Shown here one piece after another: positions 51,986-61,876 of a stretch of 64,000 nt of DNA; position 1 is the first letter of the stretch; every line of letters starts with the position of its first letter. The position numbers and the translations under genes were made by a program. Source of the stretch: Ostrea edulis (lineage: Eukaryota); NCBI RefSeq assembly GCF_947568905.1, contig NC_079171.1:51026001-51090000 (forward strand), given 5' to 3'. The notes under the pieces were generated by a model. It did not search any database. It had not been told where the DNA came from and was given only the letters and a program-made list of their open reading frames with translations.

Positions 51986-52443
51986 ATGGTAGCAAATTAG
52001 GTGACCCAGCGTTACATCAGAACATGGCCGATTCGAATTCACTATCATGACACATAGAATAAAAGTGGACTATAGAGCACTGTAAAACCTTGAGTACTGC
52101 CACCAAACAGTATTAGTATTAAAAAAAAAATTCATATCTTTACATAGTGTGAATAATAAAAGAAAACAACACCGATACGGTTTTATTATGCGAGATAAAA
52201 AATTAAAAAACAACAACATATTACATGAATTTCTCAGAATCGGACCTGGCGCATCTGCTATACAGAATAGATACACTAACGACATCCTAGAGCTCTGTAG
52301 TTTTAAATTGTATGGGACATGTCATTACCTTCATTCATATAAGACACAGAATTAGTTGTAAATCTGTAATTACTTTATTTCATCGCATTGGATTTGTACA
52401 ATAAACAATCAAAGTGTCCCCAGTGGCTATTTGAAATCCTGTG

Positions 52444-52487
<44 letters not shown>

Positions 52488-52945
52488 CTCATAGAAATTC
52501 ATAATCAAGAAATACAAAACTTTGCTAAAACAGATATGAAGTCTATATATTGATTTACAGATGTTGCTAATCAAATACATTTTCCAGTTCCATTGAGAAT
52601 ATATTCAGTTGAACAGAATTAAGCTTCTATTTTAACCCATATTGCGCTGTATCAATAGGCAGGTTCTGGATGAAACATGCCTCCTTTGTAGCTTTAGGCA
52701 TACGAGACATGGCTTCTCCTCCCTGTGAACTCGGATGCCACAGTCCCCCTCAACATGGGCACATGATGGTCACAATCACTAAGTACTGCCAGTGAGGTGA
52801 GTACCACAAGTAAGGAGTCAGAGTTGTTCCTCATTGAGGCAGGGGAAGCCTGTCACGTCATAAAACCAGTCAGCGATGAAGTCCATTTCCTCCTCACGAA
52901 GCTTCAGGGTATTCACTTACTTCAAGAAAGCCATCATCTTTTCTC

Positions 52946-53688
52946 TCATGGCTTGGTGCTCCTCGGTGTTGCCACAGTGGTCTTATCTGAAAGTTATTAA
53001 ATATTCCAGGATTACAAAAGCGAGGCACTGAAATCAACTCAGATTTACATATAAAAGCAATCTATGCATGAGTAACTTTGTGACCTAAATTCAGACCAAA
53101 TGTGATACTTTGCGGACTAAATTTTAAAGTTTATTGATCAATCCAGTAGGCAATTGAAAACTCTCATCTGTCTTTTGTAATTCGCTGTAAAGAACTCATG
53201 TGAAATGTTATGTATCTAACATCGATGTTTAATCACTATTCATATTCTTAAATTCTGAAGCATAATGAAAGCGATACATTAATATACATTCATACATCAT
53301 TTATGACTCTATATATCAATAGAATTTACTTGGTCAAGGAATATCTAAACTGAATGTGAATTTTTATTCAAAATGTAGTGTTGCTTGCCTGTTGCAAATG
53401 GCACACGCAATCCTAACAAAATCATGATTGGAGGTTCTGTCGCTGCTGCTGCTGCTGATGACGATGCTCGTTTGCCTTCAACCTGTGTCTTAAAAGACGT
53501 GACTTTTATGTGAGAGTTACACATACACTGGCATCTACTGCAGAGAAAATCGTGATCCGAGGGTGCCCTCCCTGTCAGAGCGGTGATCACTGCCTTGTAC
53601 TTCATTGAAATCTTGTGCCTGTATTTCGGTTTTACACTTCGTGGACAGTTGAAACATTTGTAGTGTGTGGGACAAACCCTAGGCATAT
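52946..53688 (-). CDS. ZnF-C: phase 1-1 exon 53688-53389 (GC donor) plus short terminal exon 52986-52946; about 112 aa if started at the internal ATG 53686
   Basis: tatttcag|AT ATG CCT; MPRVCPTHYKCFNC..VKPKYRHKI..LTGRAPSDHDFLCSRC..LLGLRVPFAT G|gcaagc. The acceptor ataactttcag|ATAA is identical to the one after ZnF-B. Confidence 0.6.
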
Positions 53689-56059
53689 CTGAAATATTTA
53701 TTTTAAAATACATATAATTTACAATTTTGGTTGGATAAAATTAGAATAATCTTACCACCTTATGTTAGAATCTAATAGGGTATTTTCCTTAAAATATAAT
53801 ATAAATCAAAATTAATCAGTTGTATTATAATGCCTTTTCCGCTAAGAAGTGAAGGGGGGGGGGGGGGCTAATGCTGCATTTTTTATCTTAAAATTCTTTC
53901 TTCAACTATTGAATGTATCTTTTTAACATTGATTTCTCCTTAACACAAAGCAAAACTTCAAAAATCAATTCCATCGTTTGCTAGTTAAAACAAGATGTGT
54001 TTCAGGATGGCAGCAAGTAGTTCTGATACCAAGAGAAAGGTCTTTTAAGGAATACACACGTGAAATATGAAATCCTAGCACTAAGCATCAATAGTTAAGG
54101 CCAAGATTTTTAAAATTTAAAAAATAATACAAACTTCAAGGTGAAGGTCACGAGTTTTTTGCAGACAGACAGATAGACTTAAAACCTATATGCCCCTGAA
54201 CCTCCAATTAAAGAGACATGAAATACCCAAATCATGACCATAAGTGCCGAGTAAAGGCCTAAATTTGAAGCCCTTCACCGGTCTTAGTGACGTCTCCATA
54301 TGAGTGAAAAATTCTTGAGAGAGATGTTAAACAAGATACAACTAAATAATGACATTTTGATCCACCACTACTTTCATTTTAGAGTTACTGCCTTTCAATC
54401 AAAAAAGTAAACAAACACGTAATTTTACTACATTTTAAAACAAGTTACACAAAATGTTTCTCAACGCAATTAATATATAATTTAATCTTCGTATATGTTC
54501 CTTGTGGTTGTTTGTTCAATATCTACATGTGACTTGCCGATTCACAAAATTGAAAAACAATCACTTGTGAACAGACTTTTAATCCTAGAAACAAATAGAT
54601 ATATAAAAATTCACTTATCATTTTTATAACATAGTGTATGTTCTGTGGTGTTCCTATCTGACCTAAATGTATTGTGTTACAAAGGTCATGCTTCCTCTTC
54701 TTTGATAAGACATCAGGCCTGGAGGTTGTGAAATATTTACTGTACTCATACTCAAACCCAGCCATGTTTGTTTTGAGTACAACTCTCAGCAACTCCTAAC
54801 GCATACTTAAAAAAATCTTGAGCATGCACTCCATTTGAGTACGAGAATGATATTATAAAAGTTTTGAGTACGAGTACGATTTAGAGTACAGAGTTTGAGG
54901 TTCAGTAAGAAAACGTGCTTAAATACTTTTATAACCTCCAGGACTGGTGTTTTATCAATGTTGGACTTCTCTACATGACTTATACTTAAAATATCATTAA
55001 ACCTTTGAACTGCAGGGTTACTGCATTTGTTAATGAGTGGCAACCAATGGAAAAATTCATTCTATATACATATAACATTATGGTCTGCACATGTAAAGCT
55101 ACATCTTATAGATTACCGTTTACAAAACACGGGGTAGAATAATCGCGAGTTGGACACGATCTGGAGTCAAACAACTATGATGTTGATCTTAATAAAATTA
55201 TGCAATAAATTCATCATCCAACACGATTGACTTTATAACACAATGATTTAACTTCCAACACTTGTCTGTCTTCCTGTCTTCGATTATGGTGCAACAATTA
55301 TTTTTACACTTGACCATCAAAAGTACTAAAACACCAGGAAAATCAAAGACCTGTTAGATACTGTTTTGATCAATCATACTTGTGAAAATTAGTGAAAAGT
55401 GTCATAGAAATAAATTTGAATGTGTTAATTGCAAATTTTACTTTGAAAATGCAGAATGTATGTATCTTTTGAAACATTTTATTCTATTTTAAGATATATC
55501 TAAGTTCAAACGTAGTGAATTCATTTGGTCTCAAGTCAGATGGTAAAATATATCAGTAAAATATAAACTAACTTTACATATTTAATATCAGAAAATGAAT
55601 GTTGTTAAAATGTAACCCCTCTTTGATTCTATGTGGCTCATTGATACAAGTTAATTCATTACACGTGGTTTTGAATAATTCATGATCAATTTTTTTTTTT
55701 AAATCAAGTAACTTCCTATGATATAATATTAATTGAAATCCAAACATGCTCACAAAAGTAAATTATAAAATAGTTGTAAATCAAATACCTGCAATAAGTT
55801 ACCTGTCTGTACAATTCATGATAAAAGTGTCTGACTCGATATCAAATTTGTCAAATTCATGAACAAATTTCAATGTTGGGAATTGAATGCATCATGAGGC
55901 AAAATACTGAGGCGATCCGGGCAAAAAATAATAAACAAAGTCGTGCTCCTTTGGGCAACACCAAATACCAAAGAAGAAACAAAATAAATCAGCATGCAAA
56001 AAGGAAAATGATGGATTTCCAGCTAATGATCATTTTACATTACTTGTATGCTAGGCCTA

Positions 56060-57015
56060 ATTATACACGGAAATATTCATATCTAGTGATCAGTCATCCA
56101 AAAAATTACTATGTTAAACACCACTCTGATTCCACGTACAAGTACTTTGAAGTTGAAATAAGAAATATGCTAGAGTTCCTCATTGACAATATCTTTGTGG
56201 TCTCTGGTGATCAGGTCTTCCAACAGTTTGTTGGAATTTCTATGGGCACGAATTGTGCTCTTTTGGTTAGCTGGCCTGTTTTTATATATTCTTATGAACA
56301 GAAATTATTCAAAAACTTCAAAATCTCTTGCTGTGGCCTTCAATTCTACATTTAGATATATTGATTATCTATTAACAATAATAATTTTTATTCATATGTC
56401 GATTTGATATATCTCTTTGAACTCAAAATAAAGGACACCCATACTTAGATATTCTATTGAAAATAAATATTAAGGCAAACTAACAACTCAACTTTATGAC
56501 AAACGGGAAGATTTCAGCTTCTCTATCAACTTCCCATATTCATGTAGCAATATTTCATTCTCACCTGCATATGGTGTTTACATCTCTCAACTGATTTGAT
56601 ATGCAAGAGCTTGTTCTGCATATGGTCAGTTTTAAATTGAGGCAGGCTACTGACAAGTTGGTGGTGCAGGGGTTTCAACAGTCTTTTTTAAAGTCAGCAT
56701 TTCCCAAATTCTATGGTCGTTATAACGATCTAGTTTTCCAATACAACCTATCATTTAGTCAAATGCTGTCTGACTTGTTTCATACCAACTGTTAGGTCAT
56801 TCTTGGCACACTGATTTTGACTACGGATAACTCCGTTTACTTCATCAAGATACATGTATAGGGATCACGGCGGGTGTGACCGGTTGACAGGAGATGCTTA
56901 CTCCTCCTGGGCACCTCCACCTCTGGTATATCCAGGAGTACGTGTTTTCCCAACTATCTATCTTATATTGCTTACAGGAGTTATGAAGTTGATCACTGTT
57001 CATTATCTTCACCTT
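56060..57015 (+). mobile_element. 5'-truncated Penelope-like (Naiad-type RT motif) retroelement whose 3' end is the window's commonest short repeat
   Basis: MLEFLIDNIFV..FQQFVGISMGTNCALL..LYSYE..FRYIDY..YDKREDF..SPAYGVYISQL..KFYGRY. Many frameshifts. Runs directly into the ctccgtttac..cttactcctcc..ttatcttcacc repeat. Confidence 0.8.
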
Positions 57016-59407
57016 TCATACAAATATAACTTAATTTTTACCACATATTCTAACACCAATTTTTCTTGCTTAAATATTATTGATTTCTAAAAAATATATA
57101 AAAACCCACCTCTTTCAAGGGTCAACTGCATTAGATGCTTCACTTATCTCCATAGAATTGACAGGTTCCAGGCGACGCTTTTCGAAAGACCACCACGAAT
57201 TTTATCATTACTTTTTTTTTCCGACATGGCCACATCGTTTACAGTTGGAATTTTTCTTTCCTTAAAACTGTTAATCTAATCATGTATTTGAATTTTCTGT
57301 AATAAAATTGAACCGTAATGAATGTGGCCCATGTGAATCTCTGAAATTCTGAGATGCTACACTGCGGTAGGTTTGGGCATTTAGTTGAACTGTGTAAACT
57401 TGACCAGTGTAAACATGCATTACAAGGGAACTACTGTGCAGTATGACTTGAGTCACATTATGAATGAGAAAAATATTCTCTTATATTTATTCGAAAGTGT
57501 TCTTTAATTGTTTTCCAGGGTTGAGAGAACAAAAATGGCACATTGTGGGTCTTTCATGGTGTATGCTGCTTAGCTTCAATTTGTTAAATATTGGGCTGAA
57601 ATGGAGCTGTAATGTCAAAAGTACTAATCATAAAGGTCCTTTTTCACTTGAAATTATAAACATGCATGATAAAGTTGTGGCATTTCAATTACTTTCTGGT
57701 ATGGTTGAATACAAACCCTGTATTGATTCACATTTAACAGACATGTATATGTACTAGAATCGTAACGTGACCAGAAAACCACATGTACCACTGCATGAAG
57801 GACAATCTGATAAAAAAAATCTTACTGATTCATTCTCAGTTTGTTAAAATGTCTCGTACACTGTGTTAAGCTTGTTAGTATAACTTCAGTAATCTAAACA
57901 GATCAGCTCGTGATTTTGATTATTGCTGACGAATCCAATAACTGATTATATCTTAAGAGTTTAATTTAAGGAATGAATTCATTTTTTTTCTTCATTGGAT
58001 AAAAGTATAATACCACAAAAACAAAAGGACGGAAAACAGTATCCAACAAAAAAAATAATGATTTGTTCCTTATCATTTAATCATATTAAAATGCTGAGGT
58101 TCAATGATAAAACAGGATATGATTTGAGTTCAATTCAAGATTTATTCTATGGCATTTTGAGATTGGCATAGCAATTTGTGAAAACATCAACTGAAAATCG
58201 GTAATGGCGGCTTCCACAAACTGTTTACTGCTGACTCGGGTTCCCTTGTGCAGTTTTGAAAAGAAGAGTTAGAAATGAATCCCGCGAATAGAAAATTGCT
58301 GGAACTGACATTAAGTTCAAAGTCAGTACAAACGGTAAGCGTGGGACATGTGCATGATGTGGGATGCGATCAGAGATCCATCAAGTAGGGTTCTCTTTGG
58401 GGGTTGCTACAGTTTCCAGGTGGACGAGTGAGCGCCTTCCAAGTTTTTCCAGTGAACGATAAGACATTGCTTTTGATGGTCACTGAAATCTCTGTTATAA
58501 CTTTGTACGTATGCCTCGTTCCGGTGCCCACTCATGAACATATTATGTCAGCGTTCAAAACCATTGTTCTTAAAGGGAAAGGCAACCCAAAAGATTTTTA
58601 CATGATAAATGATAGGATTAATCATATGATAAAGAATTTTCATAAAATGCTGTAGATATATGGCCTAGATAAGCTTCAGTACTAACTTGAAAACGTTAAA
58701 AATTGAAATTCCCACGATCTATGCCATGATGTGCAACTCTTTCGTATTCAAGACCAAAAAATCAATAATTTTGACGTCACACCATCTGTTCCGGTTTTGA
58801 TGAGATGATTCAAAGATCATCCACAAGTGCTTGGGTTCTGGACACCCCCCCCCCCCCCCCCCTCCGAATAAGCTACATAAGTTGATTTTGGACTTTATGG
58901 GTAACCCAAGCACCTGTGAGATCATCAAAGATGTGCCTGTGGTAGATTTTAAGAATAAATAGGTTGATGCCTTCCTGGCAAGCAGTTAATTACACTAATG
59001 TGAAGGGGAGATGTGAAAAAAGGTTTTGGTTTTTTTCGAAATTTCCGACTCAACCATGTCATTTGAAAACAAAAGACTACGTAAACTGTGGATCCATCAC
59101 TTGCGTAATGACAAGTTGAGGTTCAAGACATTAGTATCAAGAGTATTTACCGTCTGCCTTGTCTGCGACTCGACTAAACGTCTTCTTTTCTCTATTTCTT
59201 CTTGCGAAAAAACGGGCTCAAATCTATACGACTCCAAACTTAACTGTTCGTGACTCGTTATGTTTACAGTGCAACTGAAGAAATAACCGGAACACAGACG
59301 GTGTGACTTCATAAATCAAACTTCAATGGCCACTCTCTTAGCGGCGGGTAATTCAAAATACATGATAGATTAATATTGATTTAATTGTTAAGCAAGGATT
59401 TTTGTTG

Positions 59408-61876
59408 TTAAAGATTGTCAATTACGATATCAGTAAGTAATACCTTATTCATAAAAGCAACTATGTGGTTAGGGTTGCCTTTCTCTTTAAGGGCTTGAAT
59501 TGCAGTCGCTCTGAGGCATTGTGCGGTGTAATTTTGAGAACAGCCAGAATTTCTAGATATGTCAGACATGAATTTCGAAAACTGGTACTGTTTGACAGGC
59601 CTTGCTCTGAACCACACTTTCTCTGATTGTGGAGACGCCCGTGCAGCTTTGGTACAGTGATTGAATAGAGATGTGGCAACCGGGTCTGTGACATGGAGAA
59701 GTTGTCGTAGGGTGCGAACTGGACAACTGTCATTCCCGGTTGAGTACATTCTATTATCCTGTGGAGCCTTAGATGTGCCGAGACCACCCTGTCTAATCCT
59801 CTGCTTGGTTTCGTGGGAAATTACCACATACTCTCTGCCATTCTCATCAAACAAAAACTCAAATGAGTTTGTCATTAGCTGTTGATGAAAATCAAGTCCC
59901 TGTGGCACAAAATGGATGGAAAGGTCATACCAGACCCGATAACGCAAAATGACAGGATTGTGAATAATGGAGAGGTAGTTAGAGATTTTCAGCAAGTCAC
60001 TACTGGTAATAACTGGTGTATGCTGTGTAGGCCGAGACAATCCAGATTTTATGTTTTGCTTCAATTTGCCATCAAGAATGGCATTTGCTGATTTGAAACT
60101 TCTATCCCTAACAATGTCAAAATCTCGACCAATATCATCCAGATGTCTGTTGAGAGCTGATCTGATGGATTTTAGTGTGTTCTTGTGATATTCTTGAGGT
60201 TGTTCGCCCTTTTTGGGGTCAAATTTAGGTTGGACTTCAGCATAGAAGTGTCTCAACAGGCCACAGAGTTCCTCTCTTTCTATTTTAAGCAGGTCAGTGT
60301 CAGTATTGAATTTTTCCATGCTCCAATCTGGAAATTAATTTTTCATTGTTTAGTTTGGGGCGTTATCTCAGTTATCAGTCCCCTAACGACGAAGTCGAGG
60401 GGATTTTAGGTTTGCGCTCCGTCTGTCCGTCCATCAGTTCAGTTTTCCGCACTTTTTTCTCTCTGTTCCTGCAGATATTTATTTGATATTTGGTATGTTG
60501 CTTTGCCATAACAAGTTACAGAATAAGTTCGAATTTCGTCTCGGTCCGTTGATATTTTCACTTAGTTTTGGCCCTTGGACTTACAAAAATGACGTGAATT
60601 ATCAGTTTTCCAGACTTTTGTTGTTGTTTTTTTTATAACTGTTGTGCTTGCAGATATTCATTTGATATTTGGTACTTTGCTTTGTCATAACAACATACAG
60701 ATAAGTTCGAATTTCGTCCCGGTTCGTTGATTTTTCATTAAGTTATGGCCCTTGGACTTTAAAAAAAAACCCAGCACGAATTGTTAGTTTACATCCAAGT
60801 TTCTTATTTCTACTGACAAGAGTACTACACTCATTAAAACTTCTAGCATACAAATACAACAATGTAGCTAAATTATTGACTTGGTGAAAGACCTAAACCT
60901 AATTATAAATATCTTTTTTCCTGGGCTAGTCCCTACTTGAACAGTAGTTGATTTCAAACCATTCCTATCCTGATTCCCCAATTATCCCTTTTACTATAAC
61001 CTGGCTACATAATGAAATTTTTGCAACTAGTAGGGGACTATCTATTGCCATGCAGTATTCCTAGCATGCTTGTTGTTTCATATGTTCAACTATTTTCTTT
61101 AAGAATTCATTAGTGAGACAGACTGAGAAATTTTATTCCATTTATTTTTATTTTATTTTAATGAGTGTTATTAATTAGTGCTGCTGTTTATTTATTCATC
61201 TTTTTTATGTTAAAGGGACTGATTCACAATTTTACCCAAAATTTCTTTTGATGATCAAAATCTACTGTCTAACATGTTTAAAAGATTTCACATAAGAATT
61301 AAGGTTATATGTTATCACAGAAGCTCATTTTAGATAGTTCATTATTTGTTTGTAAACCAAGATTGCAGTATGTTATTGTTTATGAAATCCCCCCCCCCCA
61401 AAAAAAAAATGGATATCGATCAAAGTTTATTATATCTTTAATATTTCAAGCATTCTTCGTGTAAAATGTGTCATCTAAAAGTTCAAATTTGTGACTAAGC
61501 AGAATTAAGATGCTATATATTACAAAATATTTCACTTGTAGGTATGCATAAAACGACTCGAGTGTTTACATAACACAGATTTAAGTCAAGCCTTCTTGCA
61601 TTCAAGGTCAACATTTTGGTTGTCAATATCCAATGAGTTATACTTTACATGTAAATGTTTATCATCAAGAATAAAAAATATTTTTTTTCAAAAATCGTGA
61701 ACCGAGTATACATTTGTTTGTATCACGTTACCTTGGAAAATCTTGACACCCCACTTTGTTTTGTGTTTTGTACCCTTGGAATGACGACCACTCTTCATGA
61801 CCTCCAATTCCTCCTCAGTGATTGTTTTGAATCTTGGATTGGAAACTACGACACAGGAATAGACAAACTTTTCATC
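59408..61876 (-). CDS. Crypton-type tyrosine-recombinase-derived gene YR3, 2 exons; 5' start and 3' end uncertain
   Basis: Exon 1 frame 61876-61732 (PRFKTITEEEL..RHSKGTKHKTKWGVKIFQ G|gtaacg). Exon 2 60327-59408 (tttccag|AT TGG AGC ATG). Motifs FYAEV, YHKNTL, HFVPQG, QGGL, CPVRTL, SLFNHC, YTAQCLRATA. Confidence 0.8.

Noticed and set aside
56060-56800. Selenocysteine read-through of stops in the Penelope-like RT
   Set aside because: The disruptions are mostly frameshifts and no SECIS is evident. Simple decay explains them.
59026-59253. THAP domain suggested by RKLWIHHLRND on the + strand
   Set aside because: No N-terminal CxxxxC, no CSxHF and no AVP motif. It overlaps an equally plausible minus-strand frame.
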